Positions 12,411 through 24,467 of a DNA stretch of 64,000 nucleotides are shown here, piece by piece; position 1 is the stretch's first letter, and the number at the start of each line of letters is the position of its first letter. The position numbers were made by a program, and so were the translations under genes. The notes beneath the pieces were generated by a model. It was not told the DNA's origin. It saw nothing but the letters and a program-made list of their open reading frames with translations, and did not search any database. Source of the stretch: Octopus vulgaris (lineage: Eukaryota); assembly GCA_951406725.2 (NCBI GenBank), contig OX597831.1:64852001-64916000 (forward strand), written 5' to 3'.

Positions 12411-12559
12411 GCCTTTACTAAATGCCTTTTCTACTCGTTAATCGAGCATGGCTCTTTCCAACACCGGCACTGATTGATTGCATACACAAAGGCATCGAAC
12501 TAGTTAAAAACCAAAAACACACAACAAACTCACAGGAAATACGGAGCTGAATATTTACA

Positions 12560-12715
12560 GTTTGACATTACTAGATGGTTAGAGATTGGTGAAGATGCCT
12601 CTCTTTTCGCTGTAAGACGGCTTTGTGTCGCCTCGGGGCTTTCATTTTGTCGTGCCCTTGCATTTCTTTGTCTTTGCGCAGCTAGACGTCGTTGTGTCTC
12701 TTCGGCTGTCTCCTT
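12560..12715 (-). mobile_element. Possible Helitron RepHel N-terminal repeat exon remnant
   Basis: ETAEETQRRLAAQRQRNARARQNESPEATQSRL resembles the ETPEQ..RL repeats of Helitron proteins; preceded by a polypyrimidine-AG acceptor. Confidence 0.5.
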
Positions 12716-13748
12716 ATAAAAAAAAAGAATTTTGGTATGCATGTTAAATGAATAAAATATAGGACATTTAGCAGTTTCGGAAATAAGTCATATTTTCTGC
12801 AAAAATTAGAAATTCGAGACTCTAAAAATCCATATTTAAATTAATCGAACATAAACAATGAAACCTGTAAAATATTTCTAAATTCGACGCCTCAGTTTCA
12901 TCAAAATGTTGTATGAACTGTAAATAAGCAATAAATATTATGATTTGTAAAATAAGTATAACTGATACAGGGTGTCCCAAGTTAATGTGGTGTGGAAGTT
13001 TGGTTTCATTTTTGAAGAATTTTAAGCATTCAAAGTATGAGTTCATTGTATTGGGACACACTTATAAAATACGCTCTGGAATAAAAAAAAAATCTACTGT
13101 CATTGAAAGATCTTAACTGGAAATATGCAGAATTATCGGAGTTATGGGCATTCAAAGTGTAATGAAATTTCATTGAAATCCCTGCATGCATTGCCAGCAT
13201 TTAGTTATTTGGAGATGTTGAAAAAATGTCTATTAATGTAATGCCTAAATTAATTACAGCAATATGTATATAACTGTTTAGATATTGCAGTAGAATAGAC
13301 GAAGAATGATTGTTTGATTTAGTAAATATCAAACATAATGAATCCTAGACTTACTTGATATCGCGTTGTCGCATTAGAGCAGCTTGTAAAGTAGAAATAC
13401 TCACTCGTACTCTTCCTTTCTCGTCGTGGCATTTCTAACCGGTATATCTTTACTACCTCTGAAGAGATTAATCGTATAATGATTTTAATTTTATAAATTA
13501 ATTATCTAAAGATTACTGAATCAAAACAGTTGTCATATTTTATAAATAATAAATAATATTTTATTAATTACCTCTCCATTCTCTCCTTATTCTTTAAATA
13601 TATAACTATATGAACCACGGTTTATATGGTCACCTTATAGTTGAACTTTCTATAGATTGGTAACTAACCAGTGTTTTCATTGATTTTTATTATCCCTTAA
13701 TGAGGTTTATAATCTTTACTTGAAGATGTATATACATATATATATATA

Positions 13749-13952
13749 AAGTTAATCCAAACATGAAAGCACAAAAAAAACGCAACAACGCGAGGACGTA
13801 GAACAAATATAGTATTATTGGACGCTCAGGAAGGAAGGAAAGAAGGAGGGTTTAACGTTTCGAGCGGAGCTCTTCGTCGGAAACATAGGAGAAGGAAAGA
13901 TCCAGAGAAGGAAAGACAGAGGGAAAAAAATCGCCAACGGTACACACACGGT

Positions 13953-13955
<3 letters not shown>
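13749..13955 (-). mobile_element. Penelope-like terminal module with HHR, between (TA)n and (CA)n
   Basis: Second similar copy at 17155-17358; contains a minimal HHR. Confidence 0.7.
13850..13884 (-). ncRNA. Minimal hammerhead ribozyme motif
   Basis: GTTT-CCGACGA-A-GAGC-TCC-GCTC-GAA-ACGT-T-AAAC, with palindromic ACGT in place of stem III as in PLE dimer-type HHRs. Confidence 0.7.
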
Positions 13956-14014
<59 letters not shown>

Positions 14015-14475
14015 AAGTATCAGACAATATTTAAACATGTGTAGCATCAACATCTATAACTCCAATAATAGTACTGGGAATTGAATTAATTCCGATAGGT
14101 AAATTTTCTCGTATATTTTTCTCATAATTCAAAGAATAAAATATATATGCTTTTATTTTACTAGTTTTGGTCATTGTACACACACACCAAACACTCATCA
14201 GCCTCAAATACAAACATACACACATAGAGTTTAGATACATGTACACAATGATAGGTAGAAACATATAATATACACACACATGTTTGTGTACGCACACACA
14301 ATTAAATAAAACAACAAATCAAGATTTGTAAATGTAAATCTATTTACACATAAAAAAACGTTACAAACATATCATAAATATATATAATCCCAGTTCCCAA
14401 AACACCCTTTTTAGACATGTGCATATATATATATATATTGCTATCTATATATATCTCTGTTTATCTGCATGCATA

Positions 14476-14559
14476 CGTGTGTGTATGTATGTATGTATGT
14501 ATATATGTATGTGTGTATGTATGTATGTGTGTATGTATATATGTATGTATGTGTGTATG

Positions 14560-14593
<34 letters not shown>

Positions 14594-14712
14594 TGTATGT
14601 GTGTATGTATGTATGTGTGTATGTATGTGTGTATGTATGTATGTATGTATGTATGTATGTATGTATGTATGTTAAGTGTGTATGTTAAGTGTGTATGTGT
14701 GTGTGTGTGTGT
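14476..14712. repeat. (TATG)n/(TG)n microsatellite, followed by the 3' half of a family B SINE (to about 14890)
   Basis: Seen directly. Confidence 0.9.
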
Positions 14713-16372
14713 CTGCTTGACAACCGGTGCTGGTGTGTTTACATCCCCATAATTTAGCGGTTCGGCAAAACAGACAAAAAAAAAAAATAATAAGTACTGT
14801 AGTCGATTTGTTCGACTAAATCTTTCAAAGCGGTGCCCCAGCATGGCCACGTTCAAATGACTGAAACAAGTAAAATATAAAAGAAAAAGACTGTATGTTC
14901 AAGCATACTGTCATCTACATGCTAGCGTATGTGCGCATGCGCCCAACCCATACAGTCGACCCATGATCAATGTTAAAAAACACCAAACCAAAACTGGAAG
15001 TGAGCAGCGTTGCAATAGCTTGAACTAAAAAGTTGTAATCGCGCTCGCCGGGTAGATTCGTTGGCAGTTGGCCGGAAGTTTAACAAGTGCACACGTGTCT
15101 TTCAACTCCTATACTGTCTTCATACCTTAAAGTCATGCGCCATTCCCAACTGGGGGTATTAGCTATTTAGTGCTGTACGCTGGCTTTTCTACATACCCGC
15201 AGAGAGGTGGAGGACATTTAGCAGTTTCGGAAAGTGGGATTATGGTTTTACATGATTGATTTTGTTCCTTTAATATGAAAAAGCAGCGAAACTATTATTT
15301 GGAAGTGTTGACATATTGCTTGTCATTACATCATCGTACCTTTGGCTTTGTGTTCATAGAATAATGTTTAAAACTGACTGATTTAATAAGCTGTTATTGC
15401 TTGTAGCTATGATGAGACCTGCATGCTGGCTCCGTAGCTACTGTTCACTACTTTTCGAGCCACCGCTGAGTCCAACATGCTGGTTACTAGCGAGCTGTTG
15501 ATAGCTGTCAACAACTGAAATAGACTCTTGATAAAACAACGGGCGCTCACAATCACTTCATCGCGTCTTTATTTCTAGTAATAGTTAGTGTGTGTATGTG
15601 TGTGTGGGGGGTAATATTAATAAATCCTTATGATAATGGGGGAGAGGTGAAATAATGAATGATGGTTTTTGGACTGAAACTGAAAAAGCTGGTAGTTAAT
15701 ATTGATCTCGATTAAATACGGTGGAGGGACAAAATTGGTGAAGTGTCTGGCTAAATTATTTGTCGTATTTAAATTCGTTCCTCTACGTTGTAAGTTCTAT
15801 TCCTGCTGCGACCCGGTAAAATATGTACAAATGATTTCCTAGGTTGGTTTCAAATATTATACCCCACGTTTATATACGTATAACCTTGTACTGAGTTAGT
15901 TTAGACGTTATAAAGGCAGAGGTTTAGTTGCCGACAAGCCAGCTCCGCGAAGAAATTAACAAATTCCATTTGAAGCTATTTCATATCATTTTTACCAGTA
16001 ATATCTTTGGGATTTCGTTGTGTCAAAACATGTATCATTGCGCGCGATAAACTTATTTCCTCCATTAAAAAACAGACAAACTTGAATTAGTCTATGGTTT
16101 GTTACTGATGCCATACTCAGAGAACTGTTTCGTGCTCAGTTTCATACAGCTTCTTCAAACCATTTCACATTTAATACCGTTTTGGCCCAAGATAAGAATT
16201 TTGATTTTAAGATCATTAAAAGACTTTTTATTATTAAATTTCTCATTATTTTTATGATTTTTCTTTTCCTCAAAGAAATTTTAAATTCGTAAACTGAAAT
16301 ATTTTTCTTTTCTTCTCAAAATTAAATCCAAGAGAATCATTGAACCATATTGAAATATTGAATTTCATATAT

Positions 16373-16505
<133 letters not shown>

Positions 16506-16549
16506 TGTATGTATGTATGTATATGTATGTTTGTATGTATGTATCTGCG

Positions 16550-16785
16550 TGTGTGTGTGTAGTAAGATGTTTTCTTCCCAATCATATGGGTTCCGGGTTC
16601 AGTACACTGCGTGGCACTTTGGACAAGCGTCTTTGCGGCTCGGCCAAAAAAAAAGCGATCGATAAAATAAATACCAGGCTTAGAAAAAAAAAGTACTGGG
16701 ATCGATTTTTTCAACTAAGCCCGACAAGGCGGTACTCCAGCATGGTCACAGTGGATTGAAACAAATGAAAGATAAAAGATAAAAA
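16550..16785 (+). mobile_element. Internally deleted family B SINE
   Basis: GGTTCCGGGTTCAGT.CACTGCGTGGCAC head and GGCGGTACTCCAGCATGG tail. Confidence 0.75.
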
Positions 16786-16870
16786 TTGAAATTTATATTG
16801 AAACAATTTCAATGATGAAAAATTAAGATATTTGAATTTGAAATGATAAAAGAGTTTTCAGGGTATCATT

Positions 16871-16957
<87 letters not shown>

Positions 16958-17081
16958 GAAATGAGGTAATCAGAAGATCGGATGGTTCATATTTACAGAT
17001 ATTTATTTATATATTACATTTTTTACATATATATATCATATCATTCAGATCATTAGCGCTTTCTCCCATTCTAGTGGGGTA

Positions 17082-17154
<73 letters not shown>

Positions 17155-17157
<3 letters not shown>

Positions 17158-17358
17158 TTAATCCAAACATGAACAAATAGAAAATACAACAACGCGAGGA
17201 CGTGGAACAAGTATAGTGTTATTGGACGCTCAGGAAAGGAAAGAAAGAAGGAGGATTTAACGTTTCGAGCGGAGCGCTTCGTCAGAAACATAGGAAAAAC
17301 AAAGATCCAAGGAAGGGAAGACGGAGAAAGAAAATCGCCAACGATACACACGCGGTCA
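17155..17358 (-). mobile_element. Penelope-like terminal module with HHR (second copy)
   Basis: Homologous to 13749-13955; abuts (TA)n. Confidence 0.7.
17255..17289 (-). ncRNA. Minimal hammerhead ribozyme motif with canonical CUGACGA core
   Basis: GTTT-CTGACGA-A-GCGC-TCC-GCTC-GAA-ACGT-T-AAAT; one stem II mismatch. Confidence 0.7.
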
Positions 17359-17544
17359 TCAGAACAAAAATAAATTATATATATATATTATTTTTGTTCT
17401 GAGTGACCTAGAGGTGGAAATGCTTAAAGACATAGAAGCAGCGGGGGCAGATGGACTGCGGCTCCTAATACCAAAAACCGATATGAGAATTTCTCTGATG
17501 GTATCTATCACAGAACATCCACGTTCAAGTGGGAAGAGATATTG

Positions 17545-17752
17545 GTATCAAATTTCGACACAAGGCCAAAAGTTTCAGGGGAAGCAGGTATGTTGATTCC
17601 ATCGACGCCAGTGCTCAACTGGTACTTTATTTTATCGACCCTGAAAAGATGAAAGGCAATTCGAGCTCGGCGGAATTTGAACTCACAACATAATAACGGA
17701 CGAAATACTAAGTATTTTGCTTGGCATGCTAACGATTCTGCCAGTTTGCCAC
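17545..17752 (-). mobile_element. Family C SINE (decayed)
   Basis: CTCGGCGGAATTTGAACTCA and GCTAACGATTCTGCCAG blocks. Confidence 0.8.
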
Positions 17753-17876
17753 ATTGATGGCAATAAATATTACCTCTTCAAATACTATCCGCTTCCAAAT
17801 AAATCAAGAGAAGAACTGAAGACATTAAATCTGACAATGTTGGAGCTCACAGATGAGGTGACGTATGCAGTATTGT

Positions 17877-18251
17877 TTTGTTTGTTCCTTCTCGAGCCAT
17901 GCCTGGCTCATAAGGGCCGGTTTCCCGGTTTCCTTGGCGTATAGGTAGGTGCCCCACCTGGACGGGACGCCGGTCCGTCGCAGGTGAGCTGCAAGATACA
18001 GGAGGAAAGAGTGAGAGAAAGTTGTGGCGAAAGAGTCAGAAGTCTCACCATTACCTTCTGCCGGAGCCGCGTGGAGCTTAGGTGTTTCGCTCATAAACAC
18101 ACACATCGCCCGGTCTGAGATTCGAACCCGCGATCCCTCGACCGCGAGTCCGCTGCTCTAACCACTAGGCCATGTGCCTCTCTCTATGGGCGAAATACCG
18201 CAAACATTTCGTCTAGCGCGCTAACGATTCTGCCAGTTGCCAGATCGCTGC
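17877..18251 (-). mobile_element. Family A1 SINE fused to a family C head fragment
   Basis: A1 copy at 17877-18180 plus family C 5' fragment at about 18188-18240, together flanked by TATGCAGTATTGT at 17864-17876 and 18252-18264. Confidence 0.85.
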
Positions 18252-19379
18252 TATGCAGTATTGTGGCGAACAGTGATTGGAACAAACAGTACATCGTAGG
18301 GATACTCAACCCAAGTGGGGTGGGGGCGGGAAATCAATAATTGAATTGATGATGATTGCTTGAATTTCAATTTCAGTTAGAATACAATTTCTGACTCTCC
18401 ACACCACTTCAATGTCAGCTGATGAAAATAGCTCAGTTTTTATCGATTTTAAAATTTTAAACTAAAATGAACATACAGACATCTTTTAAAATAAATAAAC
18501 GTGAAAAATTGAATATATTTAGCTCCAATTTCTCACATTTAGTTTGTATAACAATGGTATAAAAGGAAAGTTGAAATGAATTAAATTAAAATGTGTGTAA
18601 TAAAATTCAAACTTCACTTCAAGTCATTTGGCTCTTTATCATGTGTGTGTGTGTGTTTGAGGAGGATATGTGAATGTATGTACATATGCGTACATACATA
18701 CACATGTGTGTATGTATGTATGTATGTATGTATGTATGTATGTATGTATGTATGTGTGCATGCATGTATACATATGCAAGTATATTATATGTTGTGTGTG
18801 TAAATATATATATATATATATACACGCACACACATACACACACATATATGTATATGTATATATGTCAAAATGTGTGTGTGTGGGAATATGTAGAGAGTGA
18901 GAGGTCGAGGGAGCGAGACGAATGAAGGAGAGATACAAAGGAAGTAAAATAATATACATGTGTGTGTGTGAACATAACCTCATCATCACCGATATTTTGT
19001 GAAAGGATGAAAGATGAAAAAAAGAGATGAATATGGTCCGGAAGCCATAATGAAGGCCTTTTTACATTTCCCTATTTTTGTGTTCCGAGAAGCAGACGAA
19101 ATAGATGAGAGATAGACACGCTTAATAAATCGAGATACCGATTGAGAAAGGGAGAGAAAGGTAGAAAGAGAGAGTTAGAGAGAGGAGAGAGGAAAAGGGA
19201 GAGAGGCATGCCCATTTGAAGGGAATGGTAAGAAGGAGAGAGTGGGGCATGCCCATTCGAAGGAGGTGGAACAGACTTAGGAATGGAGAGTCAGACTTCC
19301 AAAGGGGCCGAGTTGAGAGACAGACAAAAGTGAAAAGTGGAACTACCGATTAAAAGTGTAAACAACTTCGTCTGGCAAT

Positions 19380-19510
19380 CGTCTGTCACGTGACATACGA
19401 CAACGGAGACGAATGACACGAAAGGGTTAAAACAGTGTTTGAGACAGGTGCGTCACCATTTTGACACAGCAGACAACGTAAACAAGAAAATGGCCGACAT
19501 TCGAGTGTAG
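19380..19510. promoter_or_regulatory. Candidate promoter/enhancer motif cluster
   Basis: Perfect TGTCACGTGACA (CLEAR/USF-type E-box, 19384-19395), forkhead GTAAACAA (19478), YY1-like AAAATGGCC (19487) and CCATTTT (19456) in CpG-richer DNA that is unique in this window. Confidence 0.4.
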
Positions 19511-19978
19511 ATGGTGGAGGTTCCGGGTGTGAGACAGTGAGCGGATGGCGGGGGGTGGGGGTCTCGTTTGGACGGTGGAGGCTGTGGCCGGTTGAATGAC
19601 GTTAAGGATACTGTAATAAATTTTGATAAGAAGGATGTGGAAGGGACGGGCGTTTGGAAACCAGACAGTGAAAGGAGAACAGCAAGGAGAAGGGGAGAGG
19701 AAGGAGAACAATTGGCAAGGGAAAGCGAAAGGAAATGTAGAGTGGGAGAGGACGATGTATTATGTATTATAGGAACACTTCTGGAAAACTATGACAATTT
19801 GGGAAGCTAGGTCAGCAAAATATTTCCCTCGGGGTGATGAAGGAAAAACGGACTATAGATACATCGTTACGAGATTCAGTGTTAAAATTTTACTTTTAGA
19901 TATCTATACACATGTGTGTATATGCGTCTGTGTGCACATGCGCGCGAACACACACGTACACACTCATAGTATATTTGA

Positions 19979-20030
<52 letters not shown>

Positions 20031-20234
20031 AGTGTATTTGTCTGGAATCTTCGCCGTCAGCAGTTTTCTAACACTGTATATAATTAAATCTCTCAACGTA
20101 TATGATTGTATCTTTTTAACAGCATATGTTAAAAAGACTTCAGATGTATTACTGTACCAGTGTGTGGTATGGCGTACGCTACAAAAGGAGTTTTAGCGTA
20201 TCACAGTGTATATACTGTGATTTGAATGGGATGC

Positions 20235-20271
<37 letters not shown>

Positions 20272-20273
<2 letters not shown>

Positions 20274-20479
20274 TTTACTCTGGTACTTGTTTCAGCCATT
20301 TGACTGCAGCCATGCTGGAGCACCGCCTTTAACGAGCAACTCGACCCCGGGACTTATTCTTTGTAAGCCCAGTACTTATTCTAACGGTCTCTTTTGCCGA
20401 ACCACTAAGTGACGGGGACATAGACACACCAGCATCGGTTGTCAAGCAATGCTAGGGGGACAAACACAAACACACACGC

Positions 20480-20558
<79 letters not shown>

Positions 20559-20715
20559 CGATGGCTTCTTTTCAGTTTCCGTCTACCAAATCCACTCACA
20601 GGGCTTTGGTCGGCCCGAGGCTATAGTAGAAGACACTTGCCCAAGGTGCCACGCAGTGGGACTGAACCCGGAACCATGTGTTTGGTAAACAAGCTACTTA
20701 CCACACAGCCACTCA
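20272..20715 (-). mobile_element. Family B SINE
   Basis: Near full-length copy with internal CA/TA tract. Confidence 0.9.
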
Positions 20716-20738
20716 TATATATATATATATATATATAA

Positions 20739-21088
20739 CAATTTAATAAATAAAACATATGCATACATGCATAGATATATGTACATACCTACATTACCTT
20801 CAAAACACGCATTGAGTCGAAACAGGGGCAGCTGAAGAAGGGGAATTGTTCCCTGTGTTGTTTGTCTTGTACTCTGTTTTTTCGTTGTTAAAAAAAAGTC
20901 CGTTTCCTTGTTTGATTTTATGTTTTCGTTTCTCGTTGTGTTCTACGTTTTTTTTTTGTGGTGTTCTGTACCCATATATGCATGTATATATACATATAGA
21001 TGTAGGTATGTACATATATGTATGTATGCATATGTTTTATTTAATAAATTGCTATTATATGATTGAACGCTAAGCGTCTTCTTCCAAG

Positions 21089-21089
<1 letters not shown>
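20739..21089. mobile_element. (TA)n-embedded module with terminal inverted repeat and one-sided tail
   Basis: Imperfect inverted repeats at 20739-20794 and 21000-21051, then a 38-nt tail; TA arrays on both sides. Confidence 0.55.
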
Positions 21090-21160
<71 letters not shown>

Positions 21161-21595
21161 GTATGTATATCTGTGTATGTAATCACAAATATACTTGGTA
21201 AACTAAGCTAAGAAATGTTAATGAATGAAAATTATACCCTTGGAGATGGAAACTATAATTATCTAAATGGCTAAATTATGTTTAAAAAATGGAAGGCAAT
21301 CTTGAAATTTAATATGATCTCTAGCGATACAGTTGACATGTTTCAGTATTATTTGTGCTAATCAGTGAAGTGCCGTATAGCTGTAACTGAAAAACTGAGT
21401 GACGAGAGAGATATACGAGGTTTTTGTGACTGAACGCTGAATGACTGCAAAGCTTAAGAAAGGAACCACTGTTTCTAATAACGAAACATGCTTGAAATTG
21501 CCAACATAGTGCTAAAGATCTTACTAATCATTTAAATAATGATTGTTCTCGTCTCTAAAGATTAGTTAAAATGTTAGTTAAAATTTATTGACTTG

Positions 21596-21768
21596 GGCGC
21601 AGGTGTGGCTGTATGGAAAAAAGCTTGCTTTCCAAACACATGGTTCCGGGTTCAGTCCCACTAACATGACACTTTGGGCAAGTGTCTTCTAGTATAGCCG
21701 TGGGTCGACCAAAGCCCTGTGAGTTGATTTGGTAGACGGAAACTGAAAGAAGTCTGTCATGTGTGCGC

Positions 21769-21831
<63 letters not shown>

Positions 21832-22087
21832 TGAGGGACTGTTTAGCTTAGTGGTAGAGTAGTCAGCCAGTATCTGAGGGGTACAGAGGCCGATACCCGT
21901 AACCACCTACTGACAACTTTTTAATAGGCGTAGGCGTGACTGAATGGTAAGGAGCTTGCTTTCTAACAACATAGTTCCGGGTTCAGTCTCACTGCATGGC
22001 ACCTTGGGCAAGTGCCTTCTCCTGTAGCCTCGGATCGTCCAAGACTTGTGAGTGGATTTGGTAGATGGAAACTGAGAAAAACCCATC

Positions 22088-22090
<3 letters not shown>
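21596..22090 (+). mobile_element. Two 5' halves of family B SINEs (21596-21760 and 21927-22090)
   Basis: Heads and bodies match family B; both end at the internal microsatellite. Confidence 0.85.
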
Positions 22091-22133
<43 letters not shown>

Positions 22134-22330
22134 ATATATATATAAATGTATGTATATATATATATTGTAAAAAGAAAATGGGGTTGTAGTTCACAGGTGT
22201 TCTAAACGACTAGGTACACTGGGTAAGTGCTGGAACGAATCATCAAAGCTCCAAGCCCATAGCCGAGACGGGAGTTATGGAACCATTTTAGATTTCCGAT
22301 ATAACGGACATATAATTGTTAATTGTTATT

Positions 22331-22390
22331 TGTCCCTGATGACGGAATATTCCATATTTTAGGATATCCCAGAAACAGATTTAAAACAGA
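22331..22390 (+). ncRNA. Degenerate hammerhead motif in a (TA)n-flanked module (about 22165-22485)
   Basis: CTGATGA-CGGAATATTCC..GGATATCCCA-GAAACAG; homologous to 32203-32278, including the downstream ATGACTTGAGATA. Confidence 0.5.
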
Positions 22391-22511
22391 CTTTAAAACA
22401 GACTTTAAAATTTTGCCGATAATAATAACGTATATGACTTGAGATATTTGTCTTGCCTTTGCGTTTGTTGTCCTCTTTAACAATTATATATATATATATA
22501 TATATCTGTGT

Positions 22512-22550
<39 letters not shown>

Positions 22551-22555
22551 GTGTA

Positions 22556-22596
<41 letters not shown>

Positions 22597-22597
<1 letters not shown>

Positions 22598-22817
22598 TTT
22601 ATTTAAAAGCAGCAGAAATTCAACAAAACCTGTTACTCTGAGTTTCACGTTCCCGGTCGTCGGACAGTTTTTGTTAACTGTCCGACGAAAGGGAACGTGA
22701 AACTCAGAGTAACAGGTTTTGTTGAATTTCTGCTGCTTTTAAATAAAGCATATTACTCTACCCCTGGTAGTTGAGTACTCTTTTTTCCACCTTGTTTCAC
22801 ATTTATGTGTTTTCTCC

Positions 22818-22819
<2 letters not shown>
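22597..22819 (+). mobile_element. Palindromic Penelope-like terminal module in a (TA)n array
   Basis: 73-bp arms (22597-22669 and 22676-22748) with 2 mismatches, 6-nt loop, about 70-nt tail. Confidence 0.75.
22678..22715 (+). ncRNA. Minimal hammerhead ribozyme motif
   Basis: CTGT-CCGACGA-A(A)G-GGAA-CGT-GAA-ACT-CAG-AGT-A-ACAG; the two arms (AAG vs CCG) imply an ancestral ACG/CGT stem II; GUA cleavage site. Confidence 0.65.
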
Positions 22820-22889
<70 letters not shown>

Positions 22890-23152
22890 GGGTATGAGAG
22901 GTTTTGGTGTCAAGAAGACCCAAAAGATGTCGGGTAACGCTAAGTAAGTGCTATGAATAGACCATGGTTAAGCTCCACGTTCGATAATGATACGAATAAG
23001 GAGTCCAACGTGCGTTATGTATTAGCATGTATATATATATATAATTTGACTGAATGAGATACAAAATCTAAGGCTGTAAATAGTTTTCAGAAGAATTATA
23101 AATGTCCTGAAAACTATTTACAGCCTTGGATTTTTTTTATCTCATTCTGTCA

Positions 23153-23199
<47 letters not shown>

Positions 23200-23200
<1 letters not shown>

Positions 23201-23860
23201 CCTGGGCCCAAAAAGTCGATATTGCCCGGAGGATGTGCTAATGGATCCTCAGAACTTTTCATTCTAGGGATCAGGAAACCATCATCCTTCTCTTCTCTAC
23301 ATTCTCTAGGCCCCACTTCGAATACTGCTGCCCCCTACAAAAAACAAGACATAATGAGGATCGAAACGCCACAAAGATCAATCACTAAAAAAAAAAATAA
23401 ATAAATGGCATGATGGGACTCGATTATTGAGCTCGACTTAAACACCTGAAACTCTATTCTCTGCAACGTCACCGTGAGCGATACATTATTTGCACCACGT
23501 GGAAAATATTCCACCAATATTATCCAAATGATATCGGTATTATGTTTACAATTCACCCAAGACTAGGTCGAGATCACATCACACAAGAACATTGCGACAC
23601 AATTTCTTCACTGCAAATGGTCCTTCACTTTTCAATGTTATCCCGAAAGAAATTAAAGTAGAAAAATACTCCACAACTTTCAAACAGTACCTGAACAAAT
23701 TCCACCTGGAAATACCGGATAAACCACCTGTACCAACAACTCTCTGCTTGGGTGGTCCGTTGGGTCCCGAAATAATTAACTAAAAGACCAGGTACTGCTA
23801 TTGAGTTAGTCATGGCCTGGGCCGATAATGGCCGAAACCAATTTAAGTTATCTAAGTTAT
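23200..23860 (+). mobile_element. CR1-group LINE 3' remnant
   Basis: APYKKQDIMRIETPQRSITK, RLKHLKLYSLQRHRERYII..WKI, NGPSLFNVIPKEIK..FKQYLNKF..IPDKP, then a stem-loop tail and short repeats. Confidence 0.85.
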
Positions 23861-23882
23861 ATATATTATATACATACATAAA

Positions 23883-23960
<78 letters not shown>

Positions 23961-24467
23961 CATACATACATATACAAACATACATACATACAACATATAT
24001 ACACACACACACATGCACGCACGCACACACACACACGCACGGAAAGAAATAGAAAAAGAGAGAGAGAAGCAAGAGAGAGACTGGTACATACACACAGACG
24101 CTCATACAACACATGAATGTTGTCATGAAAGGAATGCAAAAGTGGGGCTATCATTTATATTAACTGACATTGTCCGTTTAAATTGCACACGTTGCCAGAG
24201 TAATTCTTCTGCGATACGAACATACAACTCAACATAGTTTCCATTGCAAGCGTTGCACCTGTGACATCATTGAACCCAACACTCGATTCTCCTTTGGAAA
24301 CTTAAAGTACTCACTGTTGTACCCACTTCTTTACAGCCACTTTCACGTCATGTGTATAATCAAATCCCTGAAAGCTTTCTTTCATCGGACTGAGTAGGTG
24401 CAAGTCGCAGGGTATCAGAACCGGGTTGTACCGAGGATGGGGGAATCACTGACCAGCCCAATTAGCT

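Noticed and set aside
12968-13063. Tiny Tc1/mariner-like MITE (CAGGGTGTCCCAA..TTGGGACAC)
   Set aside because: The right end is degenerate and the boundaries cannot be fixed
23811-23840. Stem-loop + GAAAC in LINE/SINE tails as a hammerhead
   Set aside because: No CUGANGA box or stem I/III; better explained as a LINE 3' recognition hairpin
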